Notes under the pieces: generated by a model
Told to the model about the DNA's origin: nothing
Databases searched by the model: none
The model's input: the letters and a program-made list of their open reading frames with translations, nothing else
NCBI RefSeq assembly: GCF_004102945.1
Contig: NZ_CP019384.1
Location: 690,001-722,000 of the forward strand
Direction of reading: 5' to 3'
Origin: Candidatus Velamenicoccus archaeovorus
GTDB taxonomy: Bacteria > Omnitrophota > Gorgyraeia > Velamenicoccales > Velamenicoccaceae
DNA length: 32,000 nucleotides
Program-made: the position numbers and the translations under genes
In this document: positions 16,140 to 25,421 of the stretch, piece after piece
How the letters are laid out: each line of letters begins with the position of its first letter
How positions within the stretch are numbered: the stretch's first letter is position 1

Positions 16140-17412
16140 ACCCTCGAGAACTTTTTTCATTCTGGCATTTTTTTCCCTCCTCGCCGGCCTCGGGCTGACC
16201 TTTTTTATTTTTTTGATTTTTTTCTCCAGGTTTTTCGTATGGATCATCCTCGGTTACTGCTTTTTGTTCTTCCTTCTCCTCTTGCGGTTTCAAGCCAGCC
16301 GTTCTGTCCTGACACGCCTGACCCTGAAAAAAGAGGAGGTTTTTGAGACATTCAACATTGCCGAACAGGAGATTGCGCGCCTGGGCGATCTGCGGGTTGC
16401 GCTCGAGAAGAAAATCAAAAGCTACGAGCGGCTGGAGAAGTTTACCCAGAGCCTCAACAATGAAGTGTCTTTGGACCGTATCTGCGGGATCGTTGCCGGG
16501 GAGCTTTTTGAGCTTTTTGAAGCGCGAGGCAACGTTCTTTTATACCTGGTCAATCCGGCGACCCATCGATTGGGATTGAGGGTCTTGAAGAGAGAGGATG
16601 AGTCGATCCGCATCCGTGAAAAGACAGGCGATCTTTTCGATGCATGGGTTTTGCGTCATAACCAGCCTCTTCTGGTCGAATCGGCGTCCAATGATTTCCG
16701 TTTCGACCCGGAACGCCTCAAGGCGGAGGTGAGGCGCCCGGTCGAGTCCCTGATGGCCGTTCCCCTGGAAACAGAGTCGCAGACGCTGGGGATCCTGAGG
16801 ATCGATGCCAGGGCGGAACGTCAATATTCTTCCGATGACCTTCGGCTGCTCTTTGTTATCGGGGACATCGCAAAGCTCGCCATTGAAAATGCCGTCTATT
16901 TCGGACAGATGCAGGCGCTCTCCATCACGGATGGCCTGACAGGCATCTATCTGAGGCGTTATGCCGCCGACAGGTTGAAAGAGGAATTCCTGCGGGCCCG
17001 CCGCGAGAATTCCTGTATTTCTTTCCTCATGCTCGATATCGACCATTTCAAGGCCATCAACGATACCTACGGGCATATGGCAGGCGACGCCGTGCTGAAA
17101 AAGATGGCTCAGTGGCTCAAAACTTCTTTTGATCTTCCGGGGCAGCTTGTCTTCCGTTATGGCGGCGAAGAATTCGGCGTCATCCTGCCCGGTGTTCAAA
17201 AGAAAGAGGCTGTCCGTCTGGCCGAAAGTTTCCGGCGTTCATTGTCCGATAAGGATGTCAGTCTGAGGCGCGAAAAGATCGCGGTCCGCGTTTCTTTGGG
17301 GGTCGCTGCATTCCCGGATGATGCCGCGGAAGAAAAAGAGCTCATTGGCGCCGCCGATGAAGCCCTGCTTGAGGCCAAGCGGTCGGGGAGGGACAAGGTA
17401 TGCCCTTCTTAG
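16132..17412 (+). CDS. Membrane-anchored GAF-GGDEF diguanylate cyclase (no RxxD I-site)
   Basis: Two Phe/Leu-rich TM helices and a coiled segment. GAF-like region (..LMAVPLETESQTLGILRIDA..). GGDEF domain DGLTGIYLRRY, DIDHFKAINDTYGH, RYGGEEF. The TTG start at 16132 overlaps the upstream stop by 8 nt; the exact start is uncertain. Confidence 0.85.
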   Translation: MYKPSRTFFILAFFSLLAGLGLTFFIFLIFFSRFFVWIILGYCFLFFLLLLRFQASRSVLTRLTLKKEEVFETFNIAEQEIARLGDLRVALEKKIKSYERLEKFTQSLNNEVSLDRICGIVAGELFELFEARGNVLLYLVNPATHRLGLRVLKREDESIRIREKTGDLFDAWVLRHNQPLLVESASNDFRFDPERLKAEVRRPVESLMAVPLETESQTLGILRIDARAERQYSSDDLRLLFVIGDIAKLAIENAVYFGQMQALSITDGLTGIYLRRYAADRLKEEFLRARRENSCISFLMLDIDHFKAINDTYGHMAGDAVLKKMAQWLKTSFDLPGQLVFRYGGEEFGVILPGVQKKEAVRLAESFRRSLSDKDVSLRREKIAVRVSLGVAAFPDDAAEEKELIGAADEALLEAKRSGRDKVCPS

Positions 17413-18422
17413 CTGTTTTTATTTTTCTGGTTTTAGCTGCCGGCGCATGGACATGTCTTGTGCGTCTGCTTGTCGAAGAGGGTTCCGAGAGAGAATCTGA
17501 CCTTGCGTCCCTGGCGGCTTCTCTTCAGCAGATATTGACCGCCAAGAAAGAGATAGAAAAAGAAATCGTTTCCTTGAATGCGGTTTTTTCGCGGACCTTG
17601 AAGATGTACGAAGCGGCGCGCGACATCTGTGCGACACTGGATGAGACGAAATTGTTCGAGCGTTTCAAGGAGGACCTCAAGAAGCTGATCGATTACGACG
17701 AATGCCTGCTCTTGAAAGAAGAGAAGGAGGCTGCTGCGTCTTCTGCCCGGGCAGAAGATTTCCTTGAGCCGCTGGCCGTTTCCGATACGCATTTTGGTTA
17801 TCTTTATGTCCGGGGGGTCCGGGGGCACGACAGGCCCTATCTGGGGATCCTTGCCAGACATTTTGCCCTGGGCCTTAAACGGTCCAAGCTTTACCGGATG
17901 ACGCAAGAATTGGCGATCACCGACAGCCTGACCGGTCTCTTCACGCGGCGCTACGCCATGGAGCGTCTGGGAGAGGAACTGAGGCGTTCCCAGGCGCAGG
18001 GGATGCCCCTGTCGTTTTTCATGATCGATGCCGATAATTTCAAGGAGTGCAATGATCGTTACGGCCATATCGTGGGTGATATGGTCTTGACGGAGATCAG
18101 CCGGCACATCAGGGACAATGTCCGCGAGATCGATATGCTTGCGCGTTTCGGCGGAGAGGAGTTCATGGTTTTTGCGCCTCGGACGAATAAAGAGAGCGCC
18201 CTTTTGATCGCCGAACGTATCCGCCGCAGCATTGCCGAGTCCGTCATCCAGGCCTATGACGAGCATCTGAAAGTGACGGTTTCAATCGGCCTGGCGGCAT
18301 TCCCCCAGGACGCCGCAGAAGTGGAAGACCTTATCGGCAAGGCGGATTGGGCCCTTTATCAGGCCAAAAAAATGGGGAAGGACCGCGTCTATGTGTTCGC
18401 AGCCTTTCACGAGTCCCGTTAG
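17400..18422 (+). CDS. Membrane-anchored GGDEF diguanylate cyclase paralog (RxxD I-site present)
   Basis: One N-terminal TM helix, a coiled coil and a short GAF-like remnant. DSLTGLFTRRY, DADNFKECNDRYGH, REIDMLARFGGEEF (RxxD at -9..-6 from GGEEF, spaced as in PleD). It overlaps the upstream gene by 13 nt. Confidence 0.85.
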   Translation: MPFLAVFIFLVLAAGAWTCLVRLLVEEGSERESDLASLAASLQQILTAKKEIEKEIVSLNAVFSRTLKMYEAARDICATLDETKLFERFKEDLKKLIDYDECLLLKEEKEAAASSARAEDFLEPLAVSDTHFGYLYVRGVRGHDRPYLGILARHFALGLKRSKLYRMTQELAITDSLTGLFTRRYAMERLGEELRRSQAQGMPLSFFMIDADNFKECNDRYGHIVGDMVLTEISRHIRDNVREIDMLARFGGEEFMVFAPRTNKESALLIAERIRRSIAESVIQAYDEHLKVTVSIGLAAFPQDAAEVEDLIGKADWALYQAKKMGKDRVYVFAAFHESR

Positions 18423-18493
18423 GTTTTTATGGGGATGGGCCTCGCTGTGATGGGGATTTGCAGGGAGACCGGACGGGCCGGAGGTTCGGCGGC

Positions 18494-19264
18494 ATGAATG
18501 AATGTCCCTGGAGCGTGAAGGATGTTTTTGTCGTCTTCGTTTACGCCCTGGTGCTCTTTTTTGTTTTTAGTTTTTGGGCGACGGCATCTTATTTTCTAGC
18601 TGCCTTTGTCCTTGGATTTTCCCGCCAGGCGCCGGGTCTCTACATTCACTTTGTCCGCCATGCCTCTGATTTTGTTACCGTGGTCCTTTTTTATGGCGGT
18701 CTCCTGGCGGCGATGAAAGTCAAGATTTTTGACAGATACCGCCTCAATCCGTTTGTTTATTTTGTAAAAAAGGAGAATATCGGCCGGGATATTTCCTTCG
18801 GGTTGCGCAGTTACTTGAAGTTTATCCTTGTTTTTTTGTCCGGTGTCGTCTTGGTGACCCTGGCGGCCTGGGTATGGGATGCCGTTTTTGGGTCTCACGC
18901 CTATGAATCGGTGAGTTCTTTTTTGCGTGCCTCTGAGATTGAGAACGCCGCGGCACGCAAGGGGCAGGTGGGATTGTCAGGGTTTATCATTATTTTCCTG
19001 CTGGGTCCTTTTTTTGAGGAACTTTTTTTCAGGGGATGCCTCTACCGCGCCTTGCGCCGCCGCATGAATGTGCTCTCCGCCGTCTTGATCAGCAGTTTTG
19101 TTTTTGCGATCATGCACGGCTATTTTTTCCTTTTTCTCTACGTTTTTCTTGTGGGGGTGTCTCTGGCCTGTCTTTATGAAAAAACGGAGTCTTTGGTCGC
19201 CTCCTTGAGCTTCCATATGCTCAACAACCTGTTTGTGCTTGTTCTGTTTTTCTTGGGTTTGTAA
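18494..19264 (+). CDS. CPBP (CAAX/Abi) family intramembrane glutamic endopeptidase
   Basis: Polytopic membrane protein with motif 1 FFEELFFRG, motif 2 FAIMHG and motif 3 SFHMLNN. ATG 18494 (MNECPWSVKD) is preferred over the track start at 18347. Confidence 0.8.
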   Translation: MNECPWSVKDVFVVFVYALVLFFVFSFWATASYFLAAFVLGFSRQAPGLYIHFVRHASDFVTVVLFYGGLLAAMKVKIFDRYRLNPFVYFVKKENIGRDISFGLRSYLKFILVFLSGVVLVTLAAWVWDAVFGSHAYESVSSFLRASEIENAAARKGQVGLSGFIIIFLLGPFFEELFFRGCLYRALRRRMNVLSAVLISSFVFAIMHGYFFLFLYVFLVGVSLACLYEKTESLVASLSFHMLNNLFVLVLFFLGL

Positions 19265-19329
19265 ATGCCGGTCGTCAGGTTCAGCTCGCGGCCTCCTTGG
19301 GGGTGGGGTGCATCATTTTTTTAAGTTCC

Positions 19330-19358
19330 TTGCAACCTTTCATAACTTAAGTTAAAAT
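19330..19358 (+). promoter_or_regulatory. Candidate promoter: TTGCAA, 17 nt, TAAAAT
   Basis: TTGCAA at 19330-19335 and TAAAAT at 19353-19358. It lies in the 211-nt gap before the ROK gene and is preceded by a T7 run (19314-19320) that may end the CPBP transcript. Confidence 0.45.
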
Positions 19359-19475
19359 AACACTTTATTGCCCTGCTCAAAATGTGGAGCGGCGCTCAGG
19401 ACTTCTTGTCAGATAAATCGTGGCGGTTTCTCTGTCGTCTCGCAGGAGACGCAGGCCTCGTCCGTTGGTTTCTCC

Positions 19476-20405
19476 ATGAAGAAGGAATATTTTATCGGTG
19501 TTGATGTCGGCGGGACCTTTACCAAGGCGGCTCTGGTAGACCAGAAAGGGAAGGTCTTTTCCAGGATCCAGGTATCTTCGCGCGGCTTCAGCCAGAAGCA
19601 ATATTTTGCCAGGACGCTGCATGATATATCTTTGCGTCTGGCGGCCATGGCACATGTCTCTTTTGACGAGATCTCTGCCATGGGAGTCGGTTTGCCGGGT
19701 CCAGTCGATTCGGAGCAGGGCATCATCTTGAGCCTCACCAATATCAAGGGCTGGAACCATTTTCATCTCGCCGGTTTTCTTAAAAAGTACCTGCCTTTTC
19801 CCGTTTATGTGGATAACGATGCTAATTGTATGGCCCTTGCCGAATCGAGGCTCGGTGCCGCCAGGGGCGCCCGTTTTGCCCTGTGCCTGACTCTCGGAAC
19901 AGGGGTGGGTGGGGCGTTGATCTTGGACAATGATATTTATCGCGGACCATTTTTTCTGGGCGGCGAGATTGGGCATATGCCCATTTGTGTTTCGGGTCCT
20001 CGTTGTGAATGCGGAGGCATCGGTTGTCTGGAGAGGTATGTCGGCAACCAGGCTATTGCCAGCCGCGCGCGCCGCATTTTCGGAAAGACTGTCCCTCTCG
20101 AAGAGGTGAGCCGTCTGGCTCGGCGCGGCCATGCCAAGGCCCAAAAAGTCTGGCAGGAGGCGGCGGCTTGTCTGGCCATGAGTATTGCCGGGATCATCAA
20201 TGTTCTGGGGCCCCAGGTGGTTGTTATCGGTGGAGGCGTGGCCAGGGCCGGCGTTGCTTTGTTGGGGCCCTTGCGGCGCCGTGTCAGGCAGCATGCGATG
20301 CGGCATCTCAAGGGGAAGGTCAGGATTGTCAGGGCGGCGCTTGGGAACGATGCAGGTTTCCTGGGGGCGGCCCTGCTGGCAAAGGAAAAGATAGGCGCAA
20401 GATGA
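19476..20405 (+). CDS. ROK-family sugar kinase (glucokinase-like)
   Basis: IGVDVGGTFTKAALVD (ATP-binding), GLPGPVD, DNDANCMALAE, and the ROK zinc motif GHMPICVSGPRCECGGIGCLE. There is no N-terminal HTH, so it is a kinase rather than a repressor. Confidence 0.85.
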   Translation: MKKEYFIGVDVGGTFTKAALVDQKGKVFSRIQVSSRGFSQKQYFARTLHDISLRLAAMAHVSFDEISAMGVGLPGPVDSEQGIILSLTNIKGWNHFHLAGFLKKYLPFPVYVDNDANCMALAESRLGAARGARFALCLTLGTGVGGALILDNDIYRGPFFLGGEIGHMPICVSGPRCECGGIGCLERYVGNQAIASRARRIFGKTVPLEEVSRLARRGHAKAQKVWQEAAACLAMSIAGIINVLGPQVVVIGGGVARAGVALLGPLRRRVRQHAMRHLKGKVRIVRAALGNDAGFLGAALLAKEKIGAR

Positions 20406-22480
20406 ATCACCCGCGTTTTTTGATCGCCGGTCTGTTTTTGCCGGTCTTTTTTTGCTGTGTTTCTTGCGGCATTGCGGCCGTGGGCAAACAGCCGTTGACG
20501 GTTGACGGCGATGTCGTCGAGTTCTTCTCGGAAGGCCGTGAGATCGTCGCCGAGGGGCATGTGAAGATCATCGGTCAGGATATGCACATTACCGCCGATA
20601 AGGTGCGGGTCTTTTTTGACGAGAAACTCGTCATTGCCGACGGCAATGTGGTTTTCAAGCGCGGGACGGAAGAGGCCGAAGGGGACATGGTCATCTTCGA
20701 TTTCGGCGACAAGACCGGGACGCTCATCAATCCGCACGTGAGGATGAGCCCGTACTACGGAAGCGCAGCAGTCATGGAGAAGCTGGGAGAAGACAAGATT
20801 TATCTCAAAGACAGCGTTATCAGCACCTGCGATCTGCCGCACCCGCACTATGCCCTGACCTGCAAAGAGGTGACGACGGAACCCGGCAAGATCCTGCGCG
20901 CCAAGGGCACGAAGATCTCCCTTTTGGGTATCCCCGTTATGTATGTGCCTTCTTATTCGCATCGCCTGACCGATAAGCGGCCGCGCTTCATGATCACGCC
21001 GGGCCACCGCAAGAATTACGGCATGGAGCTTTTCGGATCTTGGAGATATTATCTGAACGACAATGCCAGGGGATTGTTGCATTTTGACTGGTATCAACAG
21101 AAGGGATGGGCGGAGGGTGTCGACCTGAATTACGATACGAAGCTTTTCGGTATCGGCAACGTTAAGTACTACCGTATCGATGAGAAGGATACCAATAAGG
21201 GCATTCCGGAGAACGAACGGCGGACCCAGGAGCGTTCCCGTCTCGAGGTCCAGCACAGGTGGCAGATGACGGATGTCGATCAGGCGATCCTGTCGTATTA
21301 CCGCGCCTCCGACGTGAACTTCCGCAAGGATTATTTCTACCGGGAATACGAGATCGACACCGACCCTTCCAGCTTTTTCCTCTATTCCCATGTTTTTCCA
21401 AGCGCCACGTTGAGCTTTTTGGGCCAGCCGCGCGTCAACGCATTCGAAAGCGTCCTGCAGAAAATCCCCGAGCTCAAGCTCGAGACCATCAACCAGAGGA
21501 TCGGCGGTTCACGCTTTTATTTTAAGAATACGACCACGTCCGCCTTCCTGTCGAACACCACGGCCAATTCCAACCAGAACGTAGAGACGACGCGCGTGGA
21601 TACAACCAACCAGGTCAGCTACCTGTTCCGCTGGGCGGGTCTGGAGTTCAGTCCTTTTGCCGGAGAGCAGGAGACCTATTACAGCCGCGGCGTCAGCGGC
21701 CGGGACAGCCTGATGCGCAGCATGTTTTTCACAGGCATGGACATGAGCACGAAGCTGTTCAAGCTTTATGACGTCGAGTCGAATTTCATGAAGATGGATA
21801 TCCATCAGCTCAGGCATGTCATCACCCCGTCGGTCCAATACCGCTATCAGCACGATCCGTCGGTCAGCGCCTCCAAGATCCAGCAAATGGATTCTATAGA
21901 TGCTTTGGACAGCATGAACAAGGTCACCCTCGGCCTTGAGAACAAGCTGCAGACCAAGCGCGGCGGCGTCAGTGTGGACCTCCTGCGGCTCTTGTTGTCA
22001 TCGGATTACAATATCGAAGACAACGATACGCTCGGCAAAGGGTTCCAGCTTTTCAAATACGAATTGGAATTCAGGCCCTGGTCATGGTTTGAGATCGATT
22101 CGGACGCAGAATATGATACGGTCCAGGAGCATTTCAATACGATCAATACCGAATTCTGGAACACCGTCGGAAAATTGCGGACACATGTCGGCTATCGTTA
22201 TGCCCACAGCGAGAGCAGCCAGATGACGGTAGGCATGGATTATCCCCTGAATCCGTTTTGGACAGCCAGCATCTATGAACGTTTTGAATTCAAGACTGGA
22301 AATCTTGTCGAGCAGGAATACCACTTGACGCGGGATATGCACTGCTGGCTGATGGAAATCATCATCAATCAGCGTGAAACTGAAGGGGTGAGCATCCTGT
22401 TGGCTTTTAAGATCAAGGAATTCCCGGATATCGGTATCAATGCGGAAACAACATTCACTCCGCCTCGCAGCAGCCAGTGA
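20402..22480 (+). CDS. lptD: LPS-assembly outer-membrane protein LptD (OstA family)
   Basis: Signal peptide MNHPRFLIAGLFLPVFFCCVSC. OstA-like N-domain with repeated beta-jellyroll pattern (VAEGHVKIIGQDMHITADKVRVFF..VIADGNVVFKRG..EGDMVIFDF). The ~500-aa C-terminal region is rich in aromatics, Asn and Tyr, typical of a large beta-barrel. ATGA overlap with the ROK gene. Confidence 0.75.
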   Translation: MNHPRFLIAGLFLPVFFCCVSCGIAAVGKQPLTVDGDVVEFFSEGREIVAEGHVKIIGQDMHITADKVRVFFDEKLVIADGNVVFKRGTEEAEGDMVIFDFGDKTGTLINPHVRMSPYYGSAAVMEKLGEDKIYLKDSVISTCDLPHPHYALTCKEVTTEPGKILRAKGTKISLLGIPVMYVPSYSHRLTDKRPRFMITPGHRKNYGMELFGSWRYYLNDNARGLLHFDWYQQKGWAEGVDLNYDTKLFGIGNVKYYRIDEKDTNKGIPENERRTQERSRLEVQHRWQMTDVDQAILSYYRASDVNFRKDYFYREYEIDTDPSSFFLYSHVFPSATLSFLGQPRVNAFESVLQKIPELKLETINQRIGGSRFYFKNTTTSAFLSNTTANSNQNVETTRVDTTNQVSYLFRWAGLEFSPFAGEQETYYSRGVSGRDSLMRSMFFTGMDMSTKLFKLYDVESNFMKMDIHQLRHVITPSVQYRYQHDPSVSASKIQQMDSIDALDSMNKVTLGLENKLQTKRGGVSVDLLRLLLSSDYNIEDNDTLGKGFQLFKYELEFRPWSWFEIDSDAEYDTVQEHFNTINTEFWNTVGKLRTHVGYRYAHSESSQMTVGMDYPLNPFWTASIYERFEFKTGNLVEQEYHLTRDMHCWLMEIIINQRETEGVSILLAFKIKEFPDIGINAETTFTPPRSSQ

Positions 22481-22497
22481 TCCTCGAGAGGTCCTTC

Positions 22498-23796
22498 ATG
22501 AAAATCTCTATTATAGGAACGGGTTATGTCGGTTTGGTGACGGGAGCGTGTTTTGCCGAATTGGGGCATGATGTTATCTGCATTGATAATGATGCCTCCA
22601 AAATTCAGGCTTTAAAAAAGCTCCAAGTGCCGTTTTATGAGCCTGGTCTCGAAGAGATGGTGCGGCGTCATGTCCGTAAAGGCAGATTGTCTTTTTCCGG
22701 CCAGATCGCCCACGGAGTCAGGAAGAGCGATGTCATCTTCATCGCCATCGGCACGCCTCCGAAAGAAAACGGGGAGGCGGATTTGACGGGGATTGAGAAC
22801 GTCGTTCGGACGATCGCCAAATCCATGCGTTCATACCGCTTGATCGTCGAGAAATCGACGGTTCCCGTGGATACGGGATGCCGCGTGCGCCAGACGATCG
22901 AGATCTGTAAGGCCAAACATGTTCCCTTTGACGTCGCATCCAACCCTGAATTCCTGCGCGAAGGACAGGCCATCCATGATTTTCTTCATCCCGACAGGAT
23001 CGTCATCGGCGTTGAATCTGCCAAGGCCGAGAAGATCCTGCGCCAGCTGTATGCGGGCATCCGGGCCCCCCTCATCGTCACAGACATCAAGTCCGCCGAG
23101 CTCATCAAGCACGCCTCGAATTCGTTTTTGGCGCTCAAAATTTCTTATATCAACGCCGTGGCCCGCGTTTGCGAGGCCGCAGGGGCCGATGTGGAACGGG
23201 TCGCCGAAGGAATGGGGATGGACGGCCGTATCGGCAGGGCTTTTCTGGACGCCGGGATCGGCTTCGGGGGATTCTGTCTGCCCAAAGACCTGGAAGCGTT
23301 TGTCCGTATCTCCCAGAAGCTCGGGTACGATTTTGGGCTGCTCAAGGAAGCCAAAAGGATCAATGAGTCGCAAAAGGAACTTTTCGTCAGGAAGATCGAA
23401 AACAGCCTCTGGAATATCAAGGACAAGACGATCGCCGTGGCCGGTCTGGCCTTTAAGCCGGATACGGACGATATGCGTTTTGCTCCTTCGGTCGATATCA
23501 TCGCCATGCTGCAGCAACTTGGCGCCAGGATCCGCGCCTATGATCCTCAGGCAACCGGGAAGGCCCGCGGTCTCCTGAAGGACGCGAAGTTTTGCAGGGA
23601 TATTTATGAGGCGGCCCGGGGCAGCGATTGCCTGATCATCGTGACGGACTGGGATGAGATTAAAAAGATGGATTTGAAACGTATCAAGAAACTCCTGAAA
23701 CAACCTATTATTATCGATGGCCGGAATGTTTTTGAGCCGTCCATGCTCAAGGCCATGGGGTTTTCTTACGTCAGCATCGGGAGAAGCCAACTATGA
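22498..23796 (+). CDS. ugd: UDP-glucose 6-dehydrogenase
   Basis: [26 protein letters not shown] (Rossmann), NPEFLREG, and the catalytic Cys in [10 protein letters not shown]. The C-terminal UDP-binding domain contains [12 protein letters not shown]. Confidence 0.93.
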   Translation: MKISIIGTGYVGLVTGACFAELGHDVICIDNDASKIQALKKLQVPFYEPGLEEMVRRHVRKGRLSFSGQIAHGVRKSDVIFIAIGTPPKENGEADLTGIENVVRTIAKSMRSYRLIVEKSTVPVDTGCRVRQTIEICKAKHVPFDVASNPEFLREGQAIHDFLHPDRIVIGVESAKAEKILRQLYAGIRAPLIVTDIKSAELIKHASNSFLALKISYINAVARVCEAAGADVERVAEGMGMDGRIGRAFLDAGIGFGGFCLPKDLEAFVRISQKLGYDFGLLKEAKRINESQKELFVRKIENSLWNIKDKTIAVAGLAFKPDTDDMRFAPSVDIIAMLQQLGARIRAYDPQATGKARGLLKDAKFCRDIYEAARGSDCLIIVTDWDEIKKMDLKRIKKLLKQPIIIDGRNVFEPSMLKAMGFSYVSIGRSQL

Positions 23797-24725
23797 AGAC
23801 TGTTGTTATCACGGGTGGTGCGGGTTTCTTGGGGTCACATCTGTGCGAGTTGTTCCTGCGCAAGAATTATCGCGTGGTCTGCATCGACAATCTCCTGACC
23901 GGCGACAAAGATAATATCGCCCCTTTGTTGTGTCGTAAGGCTTTTGTGTTTATGAAACAGGATATCGTCAAGGGTTTGCGTGTCCCGGGGCCGGTGGATC
24001 TGGTACTGCATTTTGCTTCACCGGCAAGCCCGGTGGATTACCAGGAGCACCCCCTGGAGACGATGCTGGCCGGTTCTGCGGGAACGCATCATTGCTTGGA
24101 GCTGGCGTGCATGAAGAAAGCTTCTTTCCTTTTGGCTTCTACCTCGGAAGTTTACGGCGATCCGTTGGTCCATCCCCAGATCGAAGACTACTGGGGGAAT
24201 GTCAATCCGATAGGCGTCAGGAGCGTTTATGACGAAGCCAAGCGTTTTGCCGAGGCCATGACCATGGCCTACCGCAGGGTCCGCGGCCTCGATACGAAGA
24301 TTGTCAGGATCTTTAATACATACGGCCCCCGGATGAGGGCGAACGACGGCCGCGCCATACCTAATTTTATCTCTCAGGCATTGAAGGGGAAGCCCATAAC
24401 TATTTACGGCGACGGGACGCAGACACGTTCGTTCTGCTATGTCTCAGACCTTGTTGACGGTATCTACAGGTTGAGCAGGAGCGCTTTTCATCAGCCTGTG
24501 AATATCGGCAATCCGAGGGAAATGACCTTGAGAGAAATGGCCGTTGTGGTTAAAAAAATGACGGGCAGCAAAAGCAGGTTGATATTCAAGCCGTTCCCGC
24601 AAGATGATCCCAGGCAGCGACAGCCTAATATCTCCAGGGCCAGGAAGATTTTGAAGTGGGGGCCAAAAGTGGGGCTCGAAGAAGGTTTGTCGGCCACCGT
24701 CTCCTGGTTCAGAGATCACATCTAA
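23793..24725 (+). CDS. uxs: UDP-glucuronate decarboxylase (UDP-xylose synthase, SDR family)
   Basis: [25 protein letters not shown], the YxxxK motif in [21 protein letters not shown] and [19 protein letters not shown] overlap with ugd. Confidence 0.88.
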   Translation: MKTVVITGGAGFLGSHLCELFLRKNYRVVCIDNLLTGDKDNIAPLLCRKAFVFMKQDIVKGLRVPGPVDLVLHFASPASPVDYQEHPLETMLAGSAGTHHCLELACMKKASFLLASTSEVYGDPLVHPQIEDYWGNVNPIGVRSVYDEAKRFAEAMTMAYRRVRGLDTKIVRIFNTYGPRMRANDGRAIPNFISQALKGKPITIYGDGTQTRSFCYVSDLVDGIYRLSRSAFHQPVNIGNPREMTLREMAVVVKKMTGSKSRLIFKPFPQDDPRQRQPNISRARKILKWGPKVGLEEGLSATVSWFRDHI

Positions 24726-24758
24726 ACCGCAGCTCATCTTCCTTTTTTTGGAAATCGC

Positions 24759-25421
24759 ATGATGACCATTGATTTTCACGTCCATTCCAGGTTTTCTTTT
24801 GATTGTTTTTTGGAGCCAGCCAAGATCATCGATTTGGCCCGGCGCCACCGCATTGATGGGTTGGCCATTACGGACCATGATACGATCGCGGGGGTGGAAG
24901 AATTCCGGCGCCTGGCTCCGGATCTCTATATCATCACGGGCCAGGAGATCTCGACGCGGTATGGGGATATCCTCGGTCTTTTTTTGAGGCATGCGGTTGA
25001 CGCGCACGATGACATCGGTCGGATCCTCGAGGGGATACACACTCAGGGAGGGTTGGCAGTCCTGGCCCATCCTTTCAAGTGGCCGCATCTGGCCCGTGCG
25101 GACGATTTCTTGAGGCAGTTCGATGCGATCGAGATGTTTAATGCCAGGAATAACATCCCGTTGCCGCGTCTGGAAAACCATCTGGCGTGGCGAGCCGTAA
25201 AACGTTCGGGTTTGGCCTGGGTCTGCGGCAGCGATACGCACGAAGGTTTCGAGATGGGGTGCGGCGCGACGGTGTTTGACTTCAGTCTTTCGGAGGCCTC
25301 AGATGAGAGGATCAAAGAGGCGATCCTCAAGAAGGGCGTCCGTATGTTCGGCAGGGAGGTTCCTTTGATACCCGAGATCATCAGCCATTTTTCAAGAAAC
25401 TTGAGGAGCCGCCGCTCATGA
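24759..25421 (+). CDS. PHP-domain metal-dependent phosphoesterase
   Basis: IDFHVHSRFSFDC (His-x-His), ITDHDTIAG, AHP and GSDTH are the PHP-family metal ligand blocks. 220 aa. Confidence 0.75.
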   Translation: MMTIDFHVHSRFSFDCFLEPAKIIDLARRHRIDGLAITDHDTIAGVEEFRRLAPDLYIITGQEISTRYGDILGLFLRHAVDAHDDIGRILEGIHTQGGLAVLAHPFKWPHLARADDFLRQFDAIEMFNARNNIPLPRLENHLAWRAVKRSGLAWVCGSDTHEGFEMGCGATVFDFSLSEASDERIKEAILKKGVRMFGREVPLIPEIISHFSRNLRSRRS

